From a virus (lineage: Duplodnaviria; Caudoviricetes), in the IMG/VR virus record IMGVR_UViG_3300005670_000019: a stretch of 64,000 nt of DNA. One strand, 5' to 3'. Of this stretch, positions 8,926-19,184 are shown piece by piece (the first letter of the stretch is position 1; every line of letters starts with the position of its first letter). Under the pieces are notes generated by a model that saw only the letters and a list, made by a program, of their open reading frames with translations, made no database searches and was not told where the DNA came from. The translations under genes and the position numbers were made by a program.

Positions 8926-10095
8926 TCAATAATCGAGGCGAAGTTTTAGAGTTACATCACGCTCATTGTCTTTCAAGATTGGTCGAGAGGTTTTGCCAAC
9001 AGCAAGCAAGTTGTTGTTTGCATCATAAAGACCAACAGTTGTGAAAAACACAAATGATTGTTGAGTTTCTTCTTGACCTTCGTCGATTACAACAATTCGA
9101 TTATTTTCATCCGTATATGTTGGGTTTGATGAATAGTTGAACTCATCGGCACCGAGGCGAACAAAGACATTTGTTGTGTTGATTTCAGTAACATTCTGGA
9201 ATGTCATTGCTGTTTGTGCAGTGGATCCAGAAGCAAATCTTGTAAATGCAAAGTGGTCGACAATATCATCGATACTTGCAGAAGCCAAGAAGTAGATCAT
9301 TGATGAAGAGAAGTTTGGAACAACGCCAGCAACATTCACTGCATCAATTGAACCAGAGATACTTTGCTGCATATCAAATGAACGAGAGACGTCAAATACG
9401 GCAATGCCTTGATCCAAGAAAAGAAGTCCAACCATCTGTGATGTGTCAGCAGAATCAACGATTGTTGAGACTTGCCCACCAAACTCATATTCTTTGTTCT
9501 GGCTCGAACCAATATCACTGTAAATCTTCGTCGGACTTCCTCCAGAAACAGGAGAAAGCATATTTGCTCCGGCAAGTTTTGAAGCTGTTGGAAACACTCG
9601 CATTGCAAACGTTTCTCTTTTCATTCCATCACGAGCAAAAAGTCGTTTGAAACAAACAAACATTGCTTCATGAATTTCAAAAGTTGAAGAACCGGATCTC
9701 ATTGTGAAGATTTGATCTTCACTTCCGAGAAGTTTTTGAGCAAACGTTCGATAGAGATCAAGTTTTTCTCTCATCATCAAAGATGATTGAGGAAAAAGAT
9801 ACTTTCCATTCGAATCGATTGAAGCATTTGTAATGCTCATGATTTGACTTCCTGTAGATACTCCAACTGTCAAATCTAAAATTGGGTTTGCTGTTTGAAG
9901 AGTAAAGTCTTGGTCAAAGACCGTTTGCCACAAAGAAGATGTTACTCCGGGACCAACACCTCCAGTAACAAAAACTTGATACTTCTTTCTAGTTGTGCTC
10001 TCAGAGATATCTTGATCAACAACATCAACAAGTTGGTTCAAAAATGAACGAGAACGTTTGATATCCTCATTTGATAATGATTTGAAAATAGCCAT
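8926..10095 (-). CDS. Virion baseplate/tail protein (C-terminal tail-collar-like segment)
   Basis: EFNYSSNPTY...TTVGLYDANNNLLAVGKTSRPILK...LRLDY; context. Confidence 0.7.
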   Translation of the reverse strand: MAIFKSLSNEDIKRSRSFLNQLVDVVDQDISESTTRKKYQVFVTGGVGPGVTSSLWQTVFDQDFTLQTANPILDLTVGVSTGSQIMSITNASIDSNGKYLFPQSSLMMREKLDLYRTFAQKLLGSEDQIFTMRSGSSTFEIHEAMFVCFKRLFARDGMKRETFAMRVFPTASKLAGANMLSPVSGGSPTKIYSDIGSSQNKEYEFGGQVSTIVDSADTSQMVGLLFLDQGIAVFDVSRSFDMQQSISGSIDAVNVAGVVPNFSSSMIYFLASASIDDIVDHFAFTRFASGSTAQTAMTFQNVTEINTTNVFVRLGADEFNYSSNPTYTDENNRIVVIDEGQEETQQSFVFFTTVGLYDANNNLLAVGKTSRPILKDNERDVTLKLRLDY

Positions 10096-10108
10096 TCTTT
10101 ATTTACCT

Positions 10109-10822
10109 TCAGGAAGATTTACTGATTTGAACCTCAAACTCTTTTACAGCACCAGATTGGATTCCAGAAACTTTTACGAAAGTTGAAATTAGATTTTTAT
10201 TGTAAGAAGCTCCGAAGATTGTGAATTGTGATTCAGAGATTGCTTTTGTAGAAACCGTGAAAGAAACTCTTGAGCCACCCAAAGATGTTTCTCCAGCGTC
10301 ACGTGGAATGATATACTTTGCTCTTTGTTGTGAGTCAACATCGTCCGCTGCTCTTCCAGAGATTTGCAAGAAACGATTATCAAGTTCAATGACAAATGAC
10401 TGATCTCGAAGTTCAATGTCGATCGAACTTTCATTCGTAATCGTTTGACTTAGGCTAATGTTTCTACTTCTAACCGTGGTGTTTCCAATGGATAAAACTG
10501 TAGAGGTGCTATCAACACCTTCTCCCGTAAGAGCCAAACTTGGAAGACGTAGTAGATTTGGGTTTGAAACAGAGACACATCGATACTTCTGTGCAAGAGA
10601 TTGATTTGTTAGAGCTTCAAAAACCGGAGTATTTTTTTCGATTTTTTCTTTACCAACAGTTCTTCCATATTTCTGAATGATTGAATAGTCGACCTCTTCA
10701 TCACTGATTGCAAACTTGACGATTGAAAAAGAATTGTCGCTACGAGCGATCAGTTCTCTTCCTTTATTAGTTAGAACTGCATCAAGAATGATGTTATTTG
10801 TGTCGTTTTGAAGTATTCCCAC
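10109..10822 (-). CDS. Virion baseplate/tail protein (N-terminal tail-collar-like segment)
   Basis: ILDAVLTNKGRELIA...KFAISDEEVDY; GTG start with GGAG upstream. Confidence 0.7.
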   Translation of the reverse strand: MGILQNDTNNIILDAVLTNKGRELIARSDNSFSIVKFAISDEEVDYSIIQKYGRTVGKEKIEKNTPVFEALTNQSLAQKYRCVSVSNPNLLRLPSLALTGEGVDSTSTVLSIGNTTVRSRNISLSQTITNESSIDIELRDQSFVIELDNRFLQISGRAADDVDSQQRAKYIIPRDAGETSLGGSRVSFTVSTKAISESQFTIFGASYNKNLISTFVKVSGIQSGAVKEFEVQISKSS

Positions 10823-10848
10823 TATGAACTCCGATTATTTGTCATCTA

Positions 10849-10857
10849 CTAAATAGT
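10849..10857 (-). promoter_or_regulatory. Candidate late promoter (ACTATTTAG)
   Basis: Matches the TANTTA motif found before several late genes; lies in the intergenic gap upstream of 10822. Confidence 0.45.
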
Positions 10858-10861
10858 TCAT

Positions 10862-12676
10862 TTATGAACTTCTACGGTCTTCAACTTTCATTTCGATTGT
10901 TTGTTCTTGTTGAAGATCGATGTTTATCATTTGAAGTTTGTATCTTGTGTTTGGACCTGTCTTGATAAGACGCAAATCATTTCCGTTTGCATCATAAACT
11001 TTCAGATACTCTGGATCGAATACAATGTCAATTTTTGAATGACCCTCGTCTTTGATTGTATCAACAAAAGTATCTTGTAATAAGAACATATTTGGATATG
11101 GTTTTGGAGCACCTTCAGGAGAAATCATTCTCCTTACCAACTTGTTCTTCACAACATCAAATGAAACCTCAAACTGAACCGAATATGGAGAACTAAACTG
11201 ATGAGCATCTATCGCACAAAGAGCATAGATGAATTTGCTTCGTCTGGTAAACTCTGGATCAACAAAGTATCCAAGTGGATTTTTCATTTTTTCTACAAGT
11301 TGTGGATCAGGAGTTTCAAATCTGAACGGGCTTGGAACAAGGCTGTCATCAAAGTCGTACATCTTGATCAATTCAAATGGTTCATTGATTGTTCTTCGTC
11401 TAAAGACTTGGAAATATTTGATGTCTCTTTGAGTGTTTACAGGGAAAGACCAGTTCAAATACAATCTTTCATTTCCGTAATCCCAGTTCAATTCAAAATC
11501 AACAGGAGCAGGTGGTCCGACCTTTTCTTCTGTCGTTACAACCTTCCAAGAAGAGTAAAGAGAACCTAACAAGAAATCAATAGCAACCACTTCATTACTG
11601 TCTGTATCTTGTGCTCGAAGACGAACATAAACTATTGTTCTAATTCGATATCTGTAAGAAGTTCCATATTTGATTTGACGATCAATCGTAGAAGATGCAA
11701 AAGGATTTTCAACAACGATTGAGTTTTTTCTCACAGGACCATTCGAAGTAAGTTCTTCTTTTTCAATGACATAACCGATTGGCTGAACAATTGTTTTGAA
11801 ATCTGTTTCATCAATTGGTAAAACACTCAAATACTCAAGAACCTCAAAATCATAATTTTGAGCATTCATCAAGTTGCTTGGATTTGCTAGAATTGCTGCT
11901 TTCTGGTCTGTTTCTGCCAATCTTTGAGCTGACAGTAGATCATCAGTTAGAAAGCGTAATGTATTTTGAGTATTTCCTTTGAGAACATCAGCTAGAACAT
12001 TTCTTGAAATTTGAGTTTTTACACTAACATCCTTGATTGAATTGAGTATTGAATTCAAAAAAACTTGTTTGTTGTCATTATTCACAAACAAATATTGACT
12101 ATCAATTTCTTGTAAGTTTGCAAGTGTTGTAGCAAGAAAGTTTGCAGAAATTTCTTCATCAGTTCTTTCATTTAGAAACTTGGCAACATCTAAAGGAGAT
12201 TTTTCTGGCTTGAAAGGATTCGGCTTTGTTGCTGTTCCTGGCACTGTATTTTGTTGCCTTTGAACATCCTCCAAGAGACGTTTCACGTAAAACTTAGCTC
12301 TTTCATCATAGAAACTATCTTGGACTTTCACGGTACTGAATTCATCATTTGAAAATTGATCTTCGCCTTGGATTTTATCAAGGTTGTTTCTGATGCTTGC
12401 ATCAACTGATTGAACATTGCTTGTGTATTTGACGACTGGCGTCCATGAAAATCTTGTAAAGCGAGGAGTAAATCTACGGAAATTGATTGAATCAATCTGA
12501 TCGGAAGAAAACTGTTCTGGATTGAGGCGTTCGATTGCCAAATCTCCAGGAATATCTCCACTGTCATTCAATCTTTCATCCGTGGTAAAAAAGATGTAAT
12601 TGAAGTCTGCCTCAAAATTTTTAACTTCAGGAGTATCAACAACAGCAAATTTTTTGGAAGGTAATGAAATAGCCAT
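10862..12676 (-). CDS. Putative virion protein with FnIII-like domains
   Basis: 604 aa; YG.SY.YRIR, PPAP.DF, LNWSFP, FQVFRR, Y.LCAID patterns. Confidence 0.55.
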   Translation of the reverse strand: MAISLPSKKFAVVDTPEVKNFEADFNYIFFTTDERLNDSGDIPGDLAIERLNPEQFSSDQIDSINFRRFTPRFTRFSWTPVVKYTSNVQSVDASIRNNLDKIQGEDQFSNDEFSTVKVQDSFYDERAKFYVKRLLEDVQRQQNTVPGTATKPNPFKPEKSPLDVAKFLNERTDEEISANFLATTLANLQEIDSQYLFVNNDNKQVFLNSILNSIKDVSVKTQISRNVLADVLKGNTQNTLRFLTDDLLSAQRLAETDQKAAILANPSNLMNAQNYDFEVLEYLSVLPIDETDFKTIVQPIGYVIEKEELTSNGPVRKNSIVVENPFASSTIDRQIKYGTSYRYRIRTIVYVRLRAQDTDSNEVVAIDFLLGSLYSSWKVVTTEEKVGPPAPVDFELNWDYGNERLYLNWSFPVNTQRDIKYFQVFRRRTINEPFELIKMYDFDDSLVPSPFRFETPDPQLVEKMKNPLGYFVDPEFTRRSKFIYALCAIDAHQFSSPYSVQFEVSFDVVKNKLVRRMISPEGAPKPYPNMFLLQDTFVDTIKDEGHSKIDIVFDPEYLKVYDANGNDLRLIKTGPNTRYKLQMINIDLQQEQTIEMKVEDRRSS

Positions 12677-15600
12677 TATGCACCCCTAAGTGTTTCTACA
12701 GTAAGAAAGAAATCATCAAAACGTAAGTCATCTTGTTTTTTCAATTTCATTATTCCTTGAGTTTCAAATAGTGCTTCATCAATCAATGAAAGAAATTCTC
12801 TCTTTTCAAGGAGGCGTCGTCCACTTTCTGTCAAACGAGTTGCCTCAACATCTATTTCAAAATCATCAACATTCAAAAGAAATGTAAATGTTCTATCAAA
12901 CTTCTTCGGACTAATCACAAGCTCTTGAACGTATTCTGGTTTGGACAAAATGTTTCCAAATGAAATCAGTTGCAACATGTCTCGAATTTCAACAGGTACA
13001 CTTTCGTTTGTTAGAAGTTCGTTGACATTTGTTGAAGGAAGATTGTATCTCATATCATTTCGAATGTAATCCAAAACAAGATTTGACAAATCAGGATTGA
13101 ATTCTGCTTCTGCTTCATAAAGCGGATTGTAAGTAAAGTTTCTCTCAGTCAGGTCTATTCCAGTTACTATATTCATATATTCATTCAAAAGGTTTGATTG
13201 AACATGATTAGAAACCATCTGTCTTATTTCGAATGGTTGAAGGAAATTGTAAGAAGTTGAGTTTTGCAAATCTCTCAAGTTTACTTTTTGTCCGTCTGTT
13301 TTTGACAAGTCTCTAAGAGTAATTGTTTCAAGAAGTCTTTCAAAGTCATAAAATCTTCCATTTCTTTCCAAGACAAAAGATGGATCTTGATAAAGGCTCA
13401 AGTCAAATAACAATTTTTTAGGCTTGAAGACAAGTTCTTCTCTTCTCAAATCACGTTTGTAAACATTGATTGAAACAACGTCAAATTCTTTGTCAACAAA
13501 ACTTGTTCTGGTGATCGCGTCTCCATTAATTCTATCACTAATTTGATTGGTCATATTTTGAGGAAGTCCAATTGAGACTACTTTCAATTTTGACCTTTCA
13601 TTACCAATGTCTTGAAGTTCCTTTTGAGAAAGAAAAGACAGCAGCGCATTATAAATGTTGTTTTGAAAACCATCAAAGATAACAAAATTGCTGTTTTGAA
13701 TTTGCCTTCCTCTTGTTACTTTTCTTGGATTTCTGTCTGTCATAGACAGAAAATCTTGATAGATGTTCTCCATTGTATCAACTTGGGTTCTTGATTTCAA
13801 CAAACTCAAGTCCTCTTCTTGATTTCCCAATGCAAGGAACTGTTGAATGAGATTGGTTGTAAGATTCGAAGAAACTTTTGCTTTTCCATCCATTAGCATT
13901 GCTTCGATCTTTTCAAAGATATGCAAGAAGTTTTCAACAATCAAATTCTCCGTTGCCAATTTATTTCTAATTGAACGGAGGGAAATGAAGTATTCAAAAC
14001 CACGGAAAATATCCGGACGTAGAGCAATATCTCTAAAGAAACGATCATTGGCTCCAATGTTCTTGAATGTGTTGAGCATATTTGTGAAATCCGCCAGAGA
14101 TTTCACATTTGTTCCTGCTAATGGACTACGTAGTGCATCCACCAAAAGATTTGAAGGCAGCACAGATTTATTCAAAACGTTTGAGACAGAAGAAGCACCA
14201 CTGGTCCCCTCGCCAGAAGAACGGAATAATAAGTTGCTATTCGACAAAAGAGTATTTGGGATAATCTTTGGGATGGTTGTGCCTGCTAATTGCCCTGCAA
14301 AAGTGCCTAGTGGAACATAACCAATTAGAGATACTTTCGGGGTGGCAGCGAGCTTTTGTTGAATAATATTCTCCAATGATCCTATAATCAGACCATGCAT
14401 ATCGGTGGCGTGTTCAATTTTGAATCCTGATGATGCAGAATTCTTTGAAAAGGATTGGAAAGAGTATTTCTCAAGAAAAGAAGCAAATGTTTCAAAAATC
14501 AAAAGAAAGATTGTTGTTGATGACAAGAAATTAAATCTTGTTCTGTGGCTAAGATCATTCAGTAAGTGAACTGGGTTTGCAATGTCAGAAGCCAGTCGAT
14601 ATGTACTTGTGTACATATCAATGATTGCTTTTATCGTGTTGTTTGATGAAACTCCAGATGCTTCAACACTTTCAACAAGAGTTGAAGTTATTGCACCATC
14701 AGCAAGACTTAGAATGTTTCCATTTCCAAAGGAGCCAAGCAAGGAAGAAGGAATGTTTAGTTGCAGATTTGATAGTTGATTTCTCAACGTTCCATTTAGA
14801 ACATTGATTTCCAAAGTGTTTGTTCTTCTAGAGGAAGATCGTGTTGTTGTAACAAGAGTCTTTACTCTTGCTTCGATATCACTTGCAAGTCGACGCAACA
14901 ATTCACTAAACTCAACAGTTCGGTCTGAAACAAATGGATCTTCCCCTGGTTCCAAACGAACAAAATTTAGACTTGAAAAAGTTCTCTTTAGGTCACTGAT
15001 GAAATGTTGGATTGAACCACGTTGTTCTTCTTCTTTGGAAGAATCCAGTGCTGCAAGAATACAAAACTGGAACAACATGTTTTTCAAAACAAGGTCTGTG
15101 TTTGAAAGTTTGAATACAGCGTTTATGATTAGTTGATCAGTGTTCAATGAATTCTTGTCGACAGTTCCCTCAATACTTGCGCGAAACATTGAACTGAACA
15201 TATCAAACAAGTTATCTGGAACGAGTCCTGATGAAATCTGTTGATCAAGTTGAAGAAGTTTTGTTATTGAGTTTCTTACAGAAGAACTGACTTTTACATA
15301 TCTAGAAACAAAATCAGTGTACGGTTGAATGTTGAAGCCTTGAGCAGGAGTAACTGACTGAACAATAGTTTCAGCCAAATATTCACTACCCGGTACATAT
15401 GTTTTTTTCACACTTTCAAAGTCAATGTATTTGTTTTCAAATGGTAAAACTGCAACATCTTCATTGATATCAATTCGGAAAATTGAAGCAAGAGAACCTT
15501 CTCCAAGAGGCGCATCAAAAATGGTTGTATTTACCGTTCCAAGAATATTATCGAAAGGATTACCTTCTGTTCCCTGTCCGAAATCTCTTTGAATGTCATT

Positions 15601-16725
15601 TTGAATTTGAGTAGTTCCCAAACCTTTTGAAACTCTCAGTTCTTTTGATAGTAGGTTGATTAAAAGTTTGATCTTATCATCAGGATTTACTGGAAGACTT
15701 GAAACAAATTGAGAAAAAAATGATGTTTCTGATGCGTTTAGTGGTTCAATTGGAGAACGAATTGAATTTACATTGAACGTAAAGCCATCGGTCAAATCAT
15801 ATGTTGTGTCTAGTGTTACTGGTGAAAAATTACTTGGTCGATCGGTATCAACAATATCAAATAAGTTGTAGGAGTAATTCTCCAAGATTTTTCTCAAATC
15901 AAAAGTCATCTGAAGGAGGATTTTGCTTTCAGCAAACTGGTTCCAGTTGTCTTCAGTGAATTGAAGATGACTTGTAAAAAAATCCTTCAAAGTTTTGAAT
16001 TTCTTTGTGTCATATACAGAACTTGGATATTTTTTGATATCCAAGGCTTTGTTTACAACTTGGACATTTGAAAGAATCTGATTGTAAATCTTTAGACTTT
16101 CTCCAATGTTTCTTATTCTTTGATCATAATCAGAACGAAGTCGAGACAAGTTTGCTCTTCCATTTCTGGAATTCTCCAACTGTTCAAAGATGTAGACAAG
16201 TGTCTCAAACCTGATTTTTGATGCTTGATATTGGAAATCAATTAAGTTTCCAACTCCAGTCAGTTGTCCATTATTGAAGGCTGAAAGAAAGTCTGTAACG
16301 GTTAGAATCTCTGGACGGTACGATGAGATTCCATCTTTTTCAACTGGAACAAAAGAACCGTTCAAGATAGTGTTTCTAGAAACATCAAGCGTGTCTGTTG
16401 ATAACTCTCTAAAGTCACGGATTCTGGAAACAACATCAACTCCAGTTCGACGTCTCAATCCTTCCAAAACTTCAACAACACCATTTCCTGTAATTCTTCG
16501 ATTGACTTGATCTTGCAATGGAGCAGAAGAAATATCTCCAATTTGCCCAGCAACATCGTCTCTCAATCTAGAACCAGTAAATCCAGAAGATGATGGACTT
16601 TCTGCCGGTGTACTTGATGGTGTGCTCGATGGTCTTGGTAGGTTTGGAATAGGAGTTCCAGTGACTTGAATTCCTCCAAGACTTGCTCCACGTCCCCTAA
16701 CTCCTAATCCGAAATATCTGGTCAT
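12676..16725 (-). CDS. Large hypothetical virion protein (1349 aa)
   Basis: Long ORF coupled to the downstream gene within the structural operon; no recognised motif. Confidence 0.6.
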   Translation of the reverse strand: MTRYFGLGVRGRGASLGGIQVTGTPIPNLPRPSSTPSSTPAESPSSSGFTGSRLRDDVAGQIGDISSAPLQDQVNRRITGNGVVEVLEGLRRRTGVDVVSRIRDFRELSTDTLDVSRNTILNGSFVPVEKDGISSYRPEILTVTDFLSAFNNGQLTGVGNLIDFQYQASKIRFETLVYIFEQLENSRNGRANLSRLRSDYDQRIRNIGESLKIYNQILSNVQVVNKALDIKKYPSSVYDTKKFKTLKDFFTSHLQFTEDNWNQFAESKILLQMTFDLRKILENYSYNLFDIVDTDRPSNFSPVTLDTTYDLTDGFTFNVNSIRSPIEPLNASETSFFSQFVSSLPVNPDDKIKLLINLLSKELRVSKGLGTTQIQNDIQRDFGQGTEGNPFDNILGTVNTTIFDAPLGEGSLASIFRIDINEDVAVLPFENKYIDFESVKKTYVPGSEYLAETIVQSVTPAQGFNIQPYTDFVSRYVKVSSSVRNSITKLLQLDQQISSGLVPDNLFDMFSSMFRASIEGTVDKNSLNTDQLIINAVFKLSNTDLVLKNMLFQFCILAALDSSKEEEQRGSIQHFISDLKRTFSSLNFVRLEPGEDPFVSDRTVEFSELLRRLASDIEARVKTLVTTTRSSSRRTNTLEINVLNGTLRNQLSNLQLNIPSSLLGSFGNGNILSLADGAITSTLVESVEASGVSSNNTIKAIIDMYTSTYRLASDIANPVHLLNDLSHRTRFNFLSSTTIFLLIFETFASFLEKYSFQSFSKNSASSGFKIEHATDMHGLIIGSLENIIQQKLAATPKVSLIGYVPLGTFAGQLAGTTIPKIIPNTLLSNSNLLFRSSGEGTSGASSVSNVLNKSVLPSNLLVDALRSPLAGTNVKSLADFTNMLNTFKNIGANDRFFRDIALRPDIFRGFEYFISLRSIRNKLATENLIVENFLHIFEKIEAMLMDGKAKVSSNLTTNLIQQFLALGNQEEDLSLLKSRTQVDTMENIYQDFLSMTDRNPRKVTRGRQIQNSNFVIFDGFQNNIYNALLSFLSQKELQDIGNERSKLKVVSIGLPQNMTNQISDRINGDAITRTSFVDKEFDVVSINVYKRDLRREELVFKPKKLLFDLSLYQDPSFVLERNGRFYDFERLLETITLRDLSKTDGQKVNLRDLQNSTSYNFLQPFEIRQMVSNHVQSNLLNEYMNIVTGIDLTERNFTYNPLYEAEAEFNPDLSNLVLDYIRNDMRYNLPSTNVNELLTNESVPVEIRDMLQLISFGNILSKPEYVQELVISPKKFDRTFTFLLNVDDFEIDVEATRLTESGRRLLEKREFLSLIDEALFETQGIMKLKKQDDLRFDDFFLTVETLRGA

Positions 16726-16735
16726 TCTTTCACCG

Positions 16736-19174
16736 TTATTCTACCACAACCGTATTTGTTTTTACTTCAGCGCCTCGTCCCTGATCTTGATAAACTGGAA
16801 TTATGATGTATGTCAATCCACCCTTTTCATTGTTTGTCAAGTTGTCCAAAAATCTGAAATGGTTTGTGTTTCCGAGAGCATGAGATTTTCCAACGACTGT
16901 TCTAATCCCAAGAACCTCAAGAATAACTATGAAGTGGTCTATTTTCTTTAGAGTTCCTTTTACATTCCAAGAAATTAGAACCTTTGAGTTTGAAATTTTT
17001 GAAGCAACAGCCTGTTCAACAATTGGAATGTTGTCAGCCAAGGAAACTGTTGTGGTTGTAATGTCAACTACGTCACCGAAAGTAAAATCACTTTCCGCAA
17101 AGTTTCTCTTTCTACTTTCAGGAGTTGAAAGAGTTCCTTGGTTGAGTGCCAACGGATGTTTCCATTTGAATGGTTGATAAGTGTATCCTCTAGAACCAGA
17201 AACAGTTGTTCTAATTGATGACAACAAACTGTCCGTTGCTCTTAGGTAAGTTGTCACTTTGTATTGATAGCGAGCTCCGGCTTCAATTGGTTTTACTGAT
17301 GAGTTTTTTTGATATTTCAAGTCTGAAAATGATGGTTCTCTTATCACACCAAAATCCTCAAGTTCACCAGTTACCATATTGAACCTCTCAACCTTGTATG
17401 AAAACAATTTTTGAAGTTGAGATCGGTCTGCCTGAATAGCGTCTGCGTACTCTGTGAGCCCCTGTGAGGCGAGTGCATTTTTCACAAGGTCAATCTGCCC
17501 AGGAATTATCTCAGAGGTTATAGAGAATGTTGTATCGTATTCGTTGCCCACTGTAATGACAGTTGGAGATAGTATTTTTGTGTTGACAATGTTGGAAGAG
17601 ATTGGTTTGAAACCAATTGTTGAAGTTGATGTCGAATCAACTTCAAAACCGTCTTTATAAATCATCCTGATTTTGTAGTCATAAATTTTATCAAGATTGA
17701 CTGTTGTATCTTCAAAAATAAGAGGAGCGGAACTTTCATCGGTGATTTGAAAAATGTTTGAAATTGTAGAATACTTGGTTTCTTTGTTGCTTAGATTTTT
17801 TCTCAAAACGCACCAAGAAATTGGACCTGCTGGCATCGAGCGAACTTCAACTTTTACACCGTTTGAAAAATTTTCTGTGTTGATAGAAACAGAAGATGGT
17901 CTTTGTTGTCTCTTCTTGTTTGACAAAGAGAATGAATTTTCAACATCTACAAAAGCAGAAGAAAATTCGGCACCCATTACACCGTTTGTTCCAACCGGAA
18001 CAGCTCGATAAATCGTTGGTGACAATCCGGGCAAAACATCCAGAACTCTAACATATTCCGCTCCTTGAACAGAATACCTTCCAACCTCAACAAAGCTTTC
18101 TTCGGAAGAAGGTGCGTCTTTCTTGATTTGTTTTCTATAGAGAAAAATTTGTGTTGCAGTTGGATCAACTTGCTTTAGGGCAATATCAACAAAGTTGTTG
18201 TTTACTCTTGGAAGAACCTCAATCATCGGAGCTTTTGTTGGAATGTTTAGATTTTCAACATTCTTCAAATGTGGAACATAGAAATTATAGATACCTTGAA
18301 CAACATTCTGTTTTGTTTTGTGAAGTAAGGTAAAATAAAAATTGTCTGTATTCAAATCTCCAACTGGAATAAGAATATCAAATGTTGCTGTTAGAAAATA
18401 TGTTTCTTCTTCAACAGGCATCATCAGGATTGCATCAGGCGGAAGACTGCGAAGAGCATCCGCAGTTCTATCATTCAGCAATGATCCAATGATTGAGTTC
18501 TTTTCTCTATCATTCAATCCTTGACTGATTGTCATCAACTTCTTTGGAGTTTTAGGTATTGTTCCATTGAAAGAAGAATTTGCAGTTCCAACAGTAAATG
18601 TTGGAGAACTGAAATCGGCTGGATCACGTTTTGTATCAAACAAAACCTTGTTCATGTCACTTTTCAAAACTGCATTATTTGCTGTTCTTGTTGAGGTGAC
18701 GATATTGCGTGAAAGGTTGTTTTCCAAAATAGGTGCAGAAACATTTTTTGACTGTAGGTCACCAACAGCCACGGGTTTCAATGTTCTTTTTTTCAATACA
18801 GCACTTTTATCAAAAGCATTTTGTATTTTTCCAATAGCGGTTTTTGGGAAAAAGGCAGTAAGATCAAGTTCCTTTGAAAAGAATGCCTCAATTTTAGTAG
18901 ACCTTGCCAAATCAATAGCAGAAGGTCTTTGAGTTTGAAGTTCCTTTACGATCAAATCAGGATTGAAGTTTGGGAAAATTTTTGGCTCAACTTTTTCATA
19001 AGCCTTTTCTCTACCGAGAAGAGTAACGGCAAATGACTTCTCTGCAAGAATTTTGTTGAAGTTGAAGTTCAATCTCATTTTATAATGAAAATATCCATCC
19101 TTGATTGTTTCCAACGTGATGCCATCTTTGGCAACATTCAACAACTCATTCTGTTTTTTTAGTTTGACTTTCAT
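16736..19174 (-). CDS. Putative virion protein with FnIII-like repeats
   Basis: 812 aa; FEDTTV...YDYKI, F.D...Y.YKV, ISW...IDHFIV patterns. Confidence 0.55.
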   Translation of the reverse strand: MKVKLKKQNELLNVAKDGITLETIKDGYFHYKMRLNFNFNKILAEKSFAVTLLGREKAYEKVEPKIFPNFNPDLIVKELQTQRPSAIDLARSTKIEAFFSKELDLTAFFPKTAIGKIQNAFDKSAVLKKRTLKPVAVGDLQSKNVSAPILENNLSRNIVTSTRTANNAVLKSDMNKVLFDTKRDPADFSSPTFTVGTANSSFNGTIPKTPKKLMTISQGLNDREKNSIIGSLLNDRTADALRSLPPDAILMMPVEEETYFLTATFDILIPVGDLNTDNFYFTLLHKTKQNVVQGIYNFYVPHLKNVENLNIPTKAPMIEVLPRVNNNFVDIALKQVDPTATQIFLYRKQIKKDAPSSEESFVEVGRYSVQGAEYVRVLDVLPGLSPTIYRAVPVGTNGVMGAEFSSAFVDVENSFSLSNKKRQQRPSSVSINTENFSNGVKVEVRSMPAGPISWCVLRKNLSNKETKYSTISNIFQITDESSAPLIFEDTTVNLDKIYDYKIRMIYKDGFEVDSTSTSTIGFKPISSNIVNTKILSPTVITVGNEYDTTFSITSEIIPGQIDLVKNALASQGLTEYADAIQADRSQLQKLFSYKVERFNMVTGELEDFGVIREPSFSDLKYQKNSSVKPIEAGARYQYKVTTYLRATDSLLSSIRTTVSGSRGYTYQPFKWKHPLALNQGTLSTPESRKRNFAESDFTFGDVVDITTTTVSLADNIPIVEQAVASKISNSKVLISWNVKGTLKKIDHFIVILEVLGIRTVVGKSHALGNTNHFRFLDNLTNNEKGGLTYIIIPVYQDQGRGAEVKTNTVVVE

Positions 19175-19184
19175 GGTAAATTCT

